NCBI GenBank assembly: GCA_037444445.1
Contig: JBBIMK010000025.1
Span: 1-26,642, forward strand
DNA length: 26,642 nucleotides
Origin: a bacterium
GTDB taxonomy: Bacteria; UBP7; UBA6624; JBBIMK01
Reading direction: 5' to 3'
Part shown: piece after piece, positions 1 through 8,439 of the stretch
Numbering within the stretch: the stretch's first letter is position 1
How the letters are laid out: each line of letters begins with the position of its first letter
Program-made: the position numbers and the translations under genes
The notes under the pieces: model-generated
Told to the model about the DNA's origin: nothing
The model's database searches: none
The model's input: the letters and a program-made list of their open reading frames with translations, nothing else

Positions 1-28
1 CCATTATAACACAGGGGAAGGAAAAGCG

Positions 29-68
29 AGTAGCCACTTACGGGTGGCAAGGAAGGCTACTGATTTTT
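29..68 (+). terminator. Possible intrinsic terminator for a gene ending left of the window
   Basis: AGTAGCC (29-35) can pair with GGCTACT (55-61) and is followed by GATTTTT (T5 at 64-68). A mutually exclusive inner hairpin GCCAC/GTGGC (33-37/44-48) also exists. The outer loop is long, so the call is weak. Confidence 0.25.
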
Positions 69-283
69 GCTATCATCAGATTCAAAGAGGAGGTTTTTGT
101 GCCCTGAATATCCCTCATTCTGCAGAGAGAACATTGCTTGCAACGAACAATTTTCTATGAGTGAAAGATGAATTTATTCGTGCAAAATGAGGGCAGGGTT
201 AGAGCCGTGGGTAAAAAATATTTGGGCAATGGATGGGTGTGGTCAACCATTCTGTGATACGATGAAGGCAGGAGGGGAAAGGG

Positions 284-706
284 ATGAAGGAGTTTTTGAT
301 GAAAAGAGCGTGGGCTTTCCGAATTCAACGAGGAAAAGATTTAATGGAGGAACTCACGAGGATGGCGCAGGAGCATCGCATTGAACTGGCGCTGGTGTCG
401 TTTATCGGTGGTCTGGAATCGGCGAAGGTGGGCTACTTCCGGAAGGAGCTCGGGCAATATCAGGAGATTTCAATCCCCTGGCACCGGGAAATTTTAGCCG
501 GAACGGGGAATGTTTCCGTGAAAGATGGGAAGCCTTTTGTGCATGTGCACCTGATTTTAGGGGATGAAATGGGGCATACTTTTGGCGGGCATGCCTTGCC
601 TGGCTGTGCTGTTTTCCTCGCGGAAGGATTTTTTTATGAACTGGAAGGAAGCCTGGAGAGGAAGATGGACCCTAATATCCGCCTGGCGGCCTGGGTAAAT
701 GTATAG
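284..706 (+). CDS. PPC (DUF296) domain protein, putative DNA-binding
   Basis: 140-aa ORF. AGGAGGGG (270-277) lies 6 nt before the ATG. The sequence has the His/Gly-rich core typical of DUF296/PPC proteins (PFVHVHLILGDEMGHTFGGHAL). Confidence 0.75.
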   Translation: MKEFLMKRAWAFRIQRGKDLMEELTRMAQEHRIELALVSFIGGLESAKVGYFRKELGQYQEISIPWHREILAGTGNVSVKDGKPFVHVHLILGDEMGHTFGGHALPGCAVFLAEGFFYELEGSLERKMDPNIRLAAWVNV

Positions 707-1475
707 GTTTCTCCAGGAGTTTCTGTTTCACCCACTGGACTATTTCTTCCAGGAGGAGGGGATTTGCCAGGAATAGCGCTGTGCCGTGCTCGCTACCCTT
801 ATAAGTTTTGAGAAGAGAGGAGGGACCCATTTTGCGAGACAGAGCGGTGGAAGAAGTGTAAGAGTAGGTATCGCCGGTGGAAGAGAGGATGAGGGCGGGG
901 CGGCCTTTGAATTTCTCTGCTGCTTCACTGGTTTTCACGCCGTGGTAATCCAGCCCGGGAGAGAGGAGAACCACCCCTTTCACACGGCTGTCTTTTGAGG
1001 CATAAAGGAGGGCGGAGTTGGCGCCGATGCTGGCTCCAATCAAAATCAGGTGGTCAGGGTCCAGGTTTTTGTTCTTCTCCACCTCTTTCAAGACCAGTTC
1101 CACATCGGAGGGCATAGCCAGATAATCCTGTGCTGACAGGTCTTTCTGGAGAATAGTTTTGCCCTCCTTAGAAGTGCTCACGCCGTGCCCTCGGAGGTCC
1201 AGGGTTACGCTTGCAATGCCTTCTATATTCAAGCGTTTCACCATATCCACCCAATCCGCCTGAGAGCCTCGGAGCATGTGGATGAACACCACAACCGCAT
1301 AGGGAGGTTTGAGGCTACCCGGTAGATAGACCGTGGCGCCAATCTTGAACTTGTCAGCGGTAGTGATGAAGAAGGGCTCTCCTTTCAGACTTCCGGGGCC
1401 GAGTCCCAGAGAAAGGTAGAGAGGGGACAGAATGAGAAGCCACACAAAGGAAGAAACGCATAGAATTTTTTTCAT
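672..1475 (-). CDS. Secreted alpha/beta hydrolase (dienelactone-hydrolase-like)
   Basis: 267 aa with an N-terminal signal peptide (MKKILCVSSFVWLLILSPLYLSLG). Nucleophile elbow GASIG (GxSxG) and a C-terminal GSEHG histidine are present. GAGGAGG precedes the ATG at 1475. Confidence 0.85.
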   Translation of the reverse strand: MKKILCVSSFVWLLILSPLYLSLGLGPGSLKGEPFFITTADKFKIGATVYLPGSLKPPYAVVVFIHMLRGSQADWVDMVKRLNIEGIASVTLDLRGHGVSTSKEGKTILQKDLSAQDYLAMPSDVELVLKEVEKNKNLDPDHLILIGASIGANSALLYASKDSRVKGVVLLSPGLDYHGVKTSEAAEKFKGRPALILSSTGDTYSYTSSTALSRKMGPSSLLKTYKGSEHGTALFLANPLLLEEIVQWVKQKLLEKPIHLPRPPGGY

Positions 1476-1498
1476 TTTTCAACGCCTCCTCACAGAAT

Positions 1499-1507
1499 AG
1501 TATATCA
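1499..1507 (-). promoter_or_regulatory. Extended -10 element (TGaTATACT) upstream of the hydrolase gene
   Basis: The minus strand reads TGATATACT. It lies about 24 nt upstream of the ATG, with the SD GAGGAGG in between. Confidence 0.4.
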
Positions 1508-1618
1508 CCGGAGCCGGGGTAAAAATAGATAGTCCTCCATTTCGCCACAAGTGAGAAGTGGGGGTGAATGGGTATAAATGAGGGGAAGATGGGGGTTAGA
1601 ATATCTGGAATGAGGGGA

Positions 1619-1981
1619 TTACTTTTTCAGGGCGCCCGGGATGGCGGACAGTTTTCCACCTTTTACTTCATCCAGCCAGTACCACCATCGCTCTTTGGGG
1701 ATGTGGTTCCGTTCCAGGAGGGCGAAGTCAGGCAGGCGGAAATTGAGATAGCCTTTGGCGAGGATAAATTCGTCCGCCACCCGGATTCTTTCCAGGGCTC
1801 TTGCACGAGCCACCGGGTCGGTAATTTCTTGAAGGATTTCTTCCACTTTATCCCGGTAAGAAGTCCAGTAGGTGAGGGCTTTTTTGGGGTCAGTGTACAA
1901 CCAGTATTCCTTCTGGAAATTGGTGATAGAATTCAGCGCTGCCACGAGGAAATCTTCTGGAGGAAGTTTTGCCGCCATCAT
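1619..1981 (-). CDS. Hypothetical protein (120 aa), family not recognised
   Basis: The composition is balanced and helical-looking, with a purine-rich GGTGAGGTGAG stretch before ATGATG. It lies co-directionally between ccdA and the hydrolase gene. The antisense 149-aa ORF (1568-2017) has a low-complexity, shadow-like composition. Confidence 0.6.
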   Translation of the reverse strand: MMAAKLPPEDFLVAALNSITNFQKEYWLYTDPKKALTYWTSYRDKVEEILQEITDPVARARALERIRVADEFILAKGYLNFRLPDFALLERNHIPKERWWYWLDEVKGGKLSAIPGALKK

Positions 1982-2049
1982 TTCTCACCTCACCGGAGAA
2001 GAGATGCCCCAATCTGAACTGCGAATGATTTTTGATAGATGCAGGGATT

Positions 2050-2928
2050 TCATTGCCCACCCATCAGTTTTTCTTCCCACAGCGTCAGGTTGAACCAGTC
2101 ATTCAGGAACTGGAAGTACTGGTTGATGGTGGAGAGGCTATTGGAGAAAATCAGGGCGCCGAGGAAAATCAACAGAGCACCGGAAAAAATTTCTATGCCA
2201 CGGTAAAAGCGGCTAAATTTTTTAAGGGCGAGGAAGAGGTAGTTAACGCCAAGGGCGCAGGCAAAAAAGGGCACCGCAAGCCCGAGGGAATAAAAGGACA
2301 ACAGCACAATACCATCCAGCAGTTGCTCTTTCGTAGCGGCTATGGTGAGTATACCAGCGAGGATGGGTCCCACGCAGGGGGTCCACCCTACCGCAAAGGA
2401 TGCCCCAATCACAGCTGCGGCGGGGTTTCTCAGCCAGGTCGGGAGGCTGGCAAAGCGGGTGAAGGGAATGGCTTGCACCGTTCGCTGAAGGAATGGAATT
2501 CTGAAGACGCCCAGCATCTGAAGCCCGAAGAGAATCACGATTACACCTGCCACTTCATAAAAACCAATTTTGAAAATCTCAGTGAACCCCAGGGCTTCTA
2601 ATTCACCGGCAGAGATGGCGGTAAATTTCAGGGAAAGGGCGTTGGTGGATGAGCGGAGGACTGCCAGCCTGCCTGCGGTGAGGAGGGAGTGAATTCCGGT
2701 TGCCGTGGCTCCCATCCCCACAAATAGCAAGGAAAAACCGAAGATAAAAAAAACGGCGGTAATCAGCAGTTGAAATCTCTCCTGCCTTCTCAAGTTTCCT
2801 GCCTTCAATCGCTCCAGAGAAACTCCTGAAATGAAAGCCAGATATCCGGGAACCACAGGCAGAACGCAGGGCGACACGAAGGAGAGAAATCCCGCCACCC
2901 AGGCCAGCAGTAAAGAGGCTCTTTCCAT
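2050..2928 (-). CDS. ccdA: Cytochrome c biogenesis / thiol-disulfide transporter CcdA (DsbD transmembrane family)
   Basis: Both signature cysteines are present (FVSPCVLPVVPGY and VGWTPCVGPIL) and the protein is polytopic and hydrophobic. I placed the start at the internal ATG 2928 (MERASLLLAW...). The 127 codons further upstream in the ORF track overlap slt on the other strand and look non-protein-like. Confidence 0.88.
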   Translation of the reverse strand: MERASLLLAWVAGFLSFVSPCVLPVVPGYLAFISGVSLERLKAGNLRRQERFQLLITAVFFIFGFSLLFVGMGATATGIHSLLTAGRLAVLRSSTNALSLKFTAISAGELEALGFTEIFKIGFYEVAGVIVILFGLQMLGVFRIPFLQRTVQAIPFTRFASLPTWLRNPAAAVIGASFAVGWTPCVGPILAGILTIAATKEQLLDGIVLLSFYSLGLAVPFFACALGVNYLFLALKKFSRFYRGIEIFSGALLIFLGALIFSNSLSTINQYFQFLNDWFNLTLWEEKLMGGQ

Positions 2929-2940
2929 TGACCAGGATTT

Positions 2941-2955
2941 ATTATATACTATATT
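2941..2955. promoter_or_regulatory. Overlapping divergent -10 boxes in the 30-nt ccdA/slt spacer
   Basis: The minus strand carries TATAAT (2946->2941), 12 nt before the ccdA ATG. The plus strand carries TATACT (2945-2950) and TATATT (2950-2955) just before the slt GTG at 2959. Neither gene has an SD. Confidence 0.35.
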
Positions 2956-2958
2956 CGC

Positions 2959-5175
2959 GTGAACAGGCAACCGATGATGGGAATGAAAGAAAACAGGTGG
3001 GGGCGGTGGATGGGAATTCTGGTGATGAGTGTCCTTTTCTTTTTCAACGCCTCCTCGGAGAAAGCGGGGAAAACCCTTGTGGAGGAGATTCAGGACTCTT
3101 TTCAGGTCAGGGGCATTCCCCTCTCCGCTGGAGATTCCACCCCCTCTGAGGCGGATACTTCTTTCGTTCAATTTTTGAAAGGGGTCTACTTCGTGGAGAG
3201 AGGCGAGCCCAAATCGGCTCTCCTTTTTCTCTCCAGGGCTTCTGAAGACCCTGCTTTCCCTCTGCCCGATTACCTTATTTATTACACAGCGAAGGCTTAT
3301 ATGGCTCAAGAGGACTATGAAGGCGCTCGCACGCTTGTTATGAAACTTCTGAAGGGGGCGTCAGGCATTTTTACGCCGAAGGCCTACCGAATGCTGATAG
3401 AAATCAACCTGTCCGAAAAAGATGTGGAGGCGGCGAAAGGGAATCTCCTCGCCCTCCTTTCTGGTCCCGGGAAGCCGGAGGATAAAGCTCGCGGCAGTTT
3501 TACCCTTTTATCTTACCTTCTGGAGCAGGGCGATTTTGCCACCGTTTATTCCTTTGCCAATGAACAGATGCAATCTGCCTTTCCCACTATACCCTGGCGT
3601 CGGGCTCCTTTTCAGGATGTGGTGCGACTGAAATGGCAAGCCTACCTGAAACTTCCCGAAAGAGACCAATCGGCTTTCCGGGTGCCCATGGAAAATCTTT
3701 TGAAAAGTGTGGGGCTTCTGGAAGAGGCGGAGCAACTCCTTTTCAGCGCCCCTGAATCTTACTGGAAGCATATGGAACTGGCTCAAATTCTGTATTCCCA
3801 GCAGAGATACGAATCTGCAAAAAAGTCCCTGCAGAAGGCGTTGAAAAGAGCCAGAAGCGATGAAGAAAAAGCGGATGCCAATAGCCTTTTAGCCAGGACC
3901 TATGCCCGCCTGAATGAAAGTGAAAATGCCCTTCAATCACTGGATGCCCTGTCCCACCACCGGGAAGCGGAAGCCCTTTTTCGCAAAGCGGATTATCTGG
4001 CTTCCCTGGGACAGGTGGAGAAAGCCCTGCCTCTGTTTGAAAAAATTCTCACCTCTTTCCCCCACACGGCCTATGTGGAGCCTACTCGTTTCTGGCTGTT
4101 CCAGTATTACCTGAAGCAGGGAAAGAAGGAGGAAGCCACCAGCGCTCTTCAGTCCATAGAATCCATCCAGGACCCGGATTATGCTCCTTTCATTTATTAT
4201 TGGCGGAATAAAATTGCTCAACAGGGGGATGCCGGGAAACTCCTTCTAAAAAACCATCCCTATTCCTTTTACGCTCTTCGCATGCTTCAGGAATCGGGGA
4301 GTTCCGTAGAGGATTTGATTCAAACTTTTTTAGAGGGCACCCGGGCGGTGGAAGGGGAGGGGTCGGGGGAAAATGTTTTGGGAAATTCACCTCTGGAAAG
4401 CAAGTATGCCCTTTTGCAGGAGTGGGGGCTTTACTCCTGGCTATTTGAGGAACTGATTCAAGCCAGTGAAGGGGAGAGTCCTTCGCCGGAGACGATGTTT
4501 CGCCTTGCCCGTGCCTATGCCTATCAGGGTGACTATTATGATTCGGTTCAACTGGCGGATAAACTCATCAGGTCCCGCCTGGAAGGGGAATTCACGGCAG
4601 AGGAATTGAAAGAAGTCTTTCGGCTGTCATTTCCACTGGCTTATTATGACATTGTTCAAAAGGAAGCCTCTGTTTACGGCATAGACCCCTTACTCATCCT
4701 GGCGTTGATTCGTCAGGAGAGTCGTTTTGACCCTCGTGCCTATTCCATTTCCGCCGCCCGTGGTCTGATGCAAATCATTCAGCCGACGGGGAAAGCCCTG
4801 GCACAAATTGCGGGCATTCCCTTCCGCAGTTCGGAAATCCTTTACGACCCGGAAGCCAACATCAAACTGGGTGTCCTCTACCTCAAGCGTCTCCTGAACG
4901 CCTTTGATGGGAATCTGATTCTCGCCATTGCGGCATATAACTGGGGTCCCAATGCGGTTCAAAAATGGATGTCCGGCCTTCCGGCGGATGCTCTTTCAGA
5001 TGAGATGACGCTGATAGAACTCATCTCTTCCAGCCAGGCTCGTCTGTATGTGAAGAAAGTGCTTTTCAATTACTGGATATATACTTCCCTGATGAAGAAG
5101 GGGGTTTATGGGGAAGTCAGCGCCCAGCCTCCACCTGACCCTGCCCCGGTGGTGCCTGAATTTCCACTGTTTTGA
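2959..5175 (+). CDS. slt: Soluble lytic murein transglycosylase (Slt70-like: helical-repeat N-domain plus SLT catalytic domain)
   Basis: The C-terminal SLT motifs are present: LIRQESRFDP (catalytic Glu), ARGLMQI and AAYNWGPN. A long TPR-like helical N-terminal region and an N-terminal signal-like segment are also present. The start is uncertain: GTG 2959, or ATG 2974, 2977 or 2983. Confidence 0.9.
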   Translation: MNRQPMMGMKENRWGRWMGILVMSVLFFFNASSEKAGKTLVEEIQDSFQVRGIPLSAGDSTPSEADTSFVQFLKGVYFVERGEPKSALLFLSRASEDPAFPLPDYLIYYTAKAYMAQEDYEGARTLVMKLLKGASGIFTPKAYRMLIEINLSEKDVEAAKGNLLALLSGPGKPEDKARGSFTLLSYLLEQGDFATVYSFANEQMQSAFPTIPWRRAPFQDVVRLKWQAYLKLPERDQSAFRVPMENLLKSVGLLEEAEQLLFSAPESYWKHMELAQILYSQQRYESAKKSLQKALKRARSDEEKADANSLLARTYARLNESENALQSLDALSHHREAEALFRKADYLASLGQVEKALPLFEKILTSFPHTAYVEPTRFWLFQYYLKQGKKEEATSALQSIESIQDPDYAPFIYYWRNKIAQQGDAGKLLLKNHPYSFYALRMLQESGSSVEDLIQTFLEGTRAVEGEGSGENVLGNSPLESKYALLQEWGLYSWLFEELIQASEGESPSPETMFRLARAYAYQGDYYDSVQLADKLIRSRLEGEFTAEELKEVFRLSFPLAYYDIVQKEASVYGIDPLLILALIRQESRFDPRAYSISAARGLMQIIQPTGKALAQIAGIPFRSSEILYDPEANIKLGVLYLKRLLNAFDGNLILAIAAYNWGPNAVQKWMSGLPADALSDEMTLIELISSSQARLYVKKVLFNYWIYTSLMKKGVYGEVSAQPPPDPAPVVPEFPLF

Positions 5176-5284
5176 TTTTAAGAAATAGAGAACCTGCAAG
5201 ATACAGGAATGGAAGGATGAATTTGAGAATTATGAGGGCGGGTGAGCATCACTGAGTGGCATATTCTGCAAGTCCTGCGAAAAA

Positions 5285-7129
5285 ATGAATGAGGTTCCCG
5301 ATGGTTCTATAGCGCTCGTTGTCACGAGCCCTCCCTACTGGAACGCTATTGACTATGAGGTTCATGTGGAGGACCCGACCGCCTGGTTTCGGACACGACG
5401 AACGCTTGCACCCTATGACGAGTACCTAGAATGGCTCAAAACCTGCTTCACCGAGATTTACCGGAAACAGAAGGCCGGCGGCTTCTGCGCCGTGGTCATT
5501 GGAACGGTTCTGTGGAACGGCAAACAATACCCACTCCGTCACCATTTTACCGGAATTATGGAGCAAATCGGATACGAGTTCCACCAGGAAATCGTTTGGT
5601 ACAAGGTGACCGGAGGCGTGAAAAGAGCAGGGGTGACGATACAGAACCCCTATCCGGGCTACTACTGCCCTAATATCATGACGGAGTCTATCCTGATCTA
5701 CCGAAAGCCCGGTCCCAAGATTTACGAGGGTCGTGAGCAAAAGCTCAGAGAAATGAGTCGTATCCCTATAGACGAATTGTTTACCCGGGAGCTTGCCAAT
5801 GACCTCTGGCACATCGCTCCAGTGCCTCCCAATTATTTACCTCACCCTTGCCCCTTCCCCGAAGAGATACCCTATCGTCTCATTCTGCTGTACTCTTATC
5901 CAGGAGATTCCGTTCTTGACCCATTCTTGGGGATTGGAACCACGACAAAAGTTGCAAGGGCTATGGGTCGCAAGTACTGGGGCTATGAAATACAGGAGAA
6001 ATACTGCGAGATAGCCTTGAAACGCCTCGGGGAACCCCTTCACTTGCGGGATCCCCTCATCGCCACATTTGAGAAAATTCCCATTCTGAAATCCAGCCTC
6101 AAGGTTGCTTCAAATGAGGTTAATCTGGAAGAACTTCCCTTATGGGGCGATGAAATGGTGAAAGAGGAGAGTCTCACTTACGGTGAGGACAGGGCTGATT
6201 TCAGAGGCATCTACGAAAGGTTCAAGTGGCTGAGAGATGCGAACAGACGAATAGTTTGTAGCCCTGATCTGGATGGCCTTTGCAGTTCCATGTTTTTGCA
6301 CACGACACTGGGTTGGAATCTTATCGGGTTCTATGATGCAAACAACCTATGGATAGACAGGCGATATAAAGAATTCTACAAGCACCCGGTTGTCTTCATT
6401 GACAACGACATTTATTCACCTGCTCTGCCATCCATTGGCCACCATGTGCTTCGGTGGAGCAAAGACACGCCGCTTCCGGAGCTGGATGGAAAATCGCTCA
6501 GCCTGAATCCAAACGACCTGCGTGGATTTTCTAAGAAACAGTTCCGACGAAAATATCCCTTTGGCACAACCCACCTGCTTCTCGCCATCCTCAGCTCCGT
6601 CGGCGTCGTGGATATTGGGAAGCCCTCCAAAGAGTTACTCACCATCCTTCTTGAGATAGATTCCTCACTACAGAGTGCGTTCCGATACGAGCAGAACGCC
6701 CTGGATTGGCTTGCCTGGCTGGGAGGTTCGGATGAAGGTTCGCCGATGTATACCCTCTGCCGCGCCATCTCCTCCACTCCGCCGAAGCGTCTCCTCCAGT
6801 GGGAGGTCCGGGTAGGAGACCACATAGAATCCCTGGGATTCTCTCGCCACTCCCAGTGCCACACGGACGACCCTACCGACCCGCAACAACGCCAGCGTCT
6901 CACACGCCTGGTTCAATGGCTCAGCGAAATCACTGGATGGCACATCACACTTCCGGACTTCACTGCAAAAACGACCACGAAAATAGCCATGAGACGTTCA
7001 TCCGCAAATCCCACGAAGGCTCGGCTTCTGAAAGTTATTGCCAGCAAGCCCTTCTCCTTCGCCATCATTTCCGAGGGAAAGCAGGGGCTTAATTACTGTT
7101 ACCTGCCAGAAGATATCCTGGAGAGTTGA
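5285..7129 (+). CDS. Beta-class N4-C/N6-A DNA methyltransferase fused to an uncharacterised ~360-aa C-terminal domain
   Basis: Motif IV TSPPYW (aa 14-19) precedes motif I VLDPFLGIGTT (aa 210-220), which is the beta-class order. HPCPFPEEIP and EIVWYK are also present. Residues ~255-614 match no family I recognise. There is no SD before ATG 5285. MTase-like residues (GIFCKSCEK) continue upstream to an in-frame TGA at 5243. Confidence 0.85.
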   Translation: MNEVPDGSIALVVTSPPYWNAIDYEVHVEDPTAWFRTRRTLAPYDEYLEWLKTCFTEIYRKQKAGGFCAVVIGTVLWNGKQYPLRHHFTGIMEQIGYEFHQEIVWYKVTGGVKRAGVTIQNPYPGYYCPNIMTESILIYRKPGPKIYEGREQKLREMSRIPIDELFTRELANDLWHIAPVPPNYLPHPCPFPEEIPYRLILLYSYPGDSVLDPFLGIGTTTKVARAMGRKYWGYEIQEKYCEIALKRLGEPLHLRDPLIATFEKIPILKSSLKVASNEVNLEELPLWGDEMVKEESLTYGEDRADFRGIYERFKWLRDANRRIVCSPDLDGLCSSMFLHTTLGWNLIGFYDANNLWIDRRYKEFYKHPVVFIDNDIYSPALPSIGHHVLRWSKDTPLPELDGKSLSLNPNDLRGFSKKQFRRKYPFGTTHLLLAILSSVGVVDIGKPSKELLTILLEIDSSLQSAFRYEQNALDWLAWLGGSDEGSPMYTLCRAISSTPPKRLLQWEVRVGDHIESLGFSRHSQCHTDDPTDPQQRQRLTRLVQWLSEITGWHITLPDFTAKTTTKIAMRRSSANPTKARLLKVIASKPFSFAIISEGKQGLNYCYLPEDILES

Positions 7130-7179
7130 GAAATGAATCGTATGCGCTTACCATTCCTTTGTTTGCAACCTTTGAGGCA

Positions 7180-8271
7180 ATGGGGTCAGAACCCATCCAT
7201 ATAGAAGAGGAATTACAAAAGCGGGCGGAAAGGATACAGGCGTATCTATTGAAAGGGCCTCACTCGTATGAATTCCGGGAGAAATGGGTGGGAGAGGCTT
7301 CCGGCTGGTATTTTCAAAGTGTGGGAAAAGCCCTGCGACCCGCACTCCTTCTTTTCGCCTGCGGAGCGGTAAGCGGGGAGGAGGAGACGGCCTTACCTGC
7401 CGCCGCTGCGGTGGAGGTCTTCCACACCTGGACCCTCATCCACGATGACTGGATTGACCGGGATAAATTTCGCCGGGGGCGTCCCACCGTTCACGAGGAA
7501 TACTTCCGCAGATGGAGAAGAGCTCTCCGGTTACCCGTGGAGAGAGCACATCACTTGGGGGATACAATAGCCATCCTGGCAGGCGACAAATTGCACGGCT
7601 GGGTTCCCCGGCTCCTCACCCTCCTTTATTTTTCCTCCTATCTGCCCGTTGAAATCCCTCTCACCTTAATTCAAATGTTTGAAGGCGAGGTTCTATTCCA
7701 TATCCTGAAAGGGGAGATGGCAGATGTGTATTATTCCCAACGGCCCATAGAGAAGGTGTCGTTCTCGGACATTGATTGGATTCACCGGAGCAAAACTGCA
7801 TCGCTCTTTGAGTACTCCGCTGTTGCTGGCGCTCTCATCGGGTTGAAGTCGAGCCACCGCCACCATCCCCTCGTGGATTCCCTGAGTCAGTTTGCCAGCC
7901 TCTGCGGAAAAGCCTTCCAGTCGCAGGATGACATTCTCAACCTCATCGGGGATGAGAAAACCCTTGGCAAGCCCGTGGGCTCCGACATCCGGGAGGGGAA
8001 AAAAACTCTTCCTCTATACTACGCCTATCAGAAAGCCACCCCTGCCCAGAGGCGATTCCTCTCTTCCATCGTGGGGAATCGGAATGCTACAAAGAAGGAC
8101 ATCCGGTCCGCTGTAGAATTAATTGTGGAACTCAAGGGCGTCCAGCGAACCCAGAGAAGGGCCAATGCACTGATACAGAGAGGAGAAGAATTCCTTCATC
8201 CCCTGCCCGACTCACAGCATAAAGAATGGCTGTTCGCCTGGGCTCACTACCTCATTTCTCGCCGAGTCTAA
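7180..8271 (+). CDS. Polyprenyl (geranylgeranyl-type) diphosphate synthase
   Basis: The first Asp-rich motif is IHDDWIDRDKFRRGRPT and the second is FQSQDDILNLIGDEKTLGKPVGSDIREGKKT. An alternative TTG start at 7126 would overlap the MTase stop (TTGA). I chose ATG 7180. Confidence 0.85.
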   Translation: MGSEPIHIEEELQKRAERIQAYLLKGPHSYEFREKWVGEASGWYFQSVGKALRPALLLFACGAVSGEEETALPAAAAVEVFHTWTLIHDDWIDRDKFRRGRPTVHEEYFRRWRRALRLPVERAHHLGDTIAILAGDKLHGWVPRLLTLLYFSSYLPVEIPLTLIQMFEGEVLFHILKGEMADVYYSQRPIEKVSFSDIDWIHRSKTASLFEYSAVAGALIGLKSSHRHHPLVDSLSQFASLCGKAFQSQDDILNLIGDEKTLGKPVGSDIREGKKTLPLYYAYQKATPAQRRFLSSIVGNRNATKKDIRSAVELIVELKGVQRTQRRANALIQRGEEFLHPLPDSQHKEWLFAWAHYLISRRV

Positions 8272-8395
8272 AAGGAATTTCTCTCCGCATCGGCGATGCA
8301 GGAAGCAAAGGCTTGCAGTAGCCCTGAAGGTGAATACGATAGAGTCAGGGCGGGGAAGTAGAATGGCACTTCTGCTCGACGAATTTCAAAGAAGG

Positions 8396-8404
8396 TGTTA
8401 TATT
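8396..8404 (+). promoter_or_regulatory. Extended -10 element (TGtTATATT) for the lipoprotein gene
   Basis: TGTTATATT lies 35 nt upstream of ATG 8440, with AGGAGG (8427-8432) in between. Confidence 0.4.
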
Positions 8405-8439
8405 GTTTAATTAGATTGAAAAGTCAGGAGGTGTGGAAA

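Noticed and set aside
672-706. A 35-nt overlap of the convergent PPC-domain and hydrolase gene ends.
   Set aside because: Both ORFs are well supported, and tail-to-tail overlaps of this size occur in compact genomes. I see no sign of a misassembly or frameshift.
2929-3309. The 419-aa version of the ccdA ORF, with an extra 127 N-terminal codons.
   Set aside because: The extension overlaps slt on the opposite strand and has a Pro/His/Gly-rich, non-protein-like composition. The recognisable CcdA sequence begins at the internal ATG 2928.
8395-8439. An upstream alternative start for the lipoprotein. The analogous case is ATG 18060 for the pilin-like gene.
   Set aside because: The promoter-like -10 box and the AGGAGG/GGGGG SD lie inside these extensions. 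The downstream ATGs give proper signal peptides.
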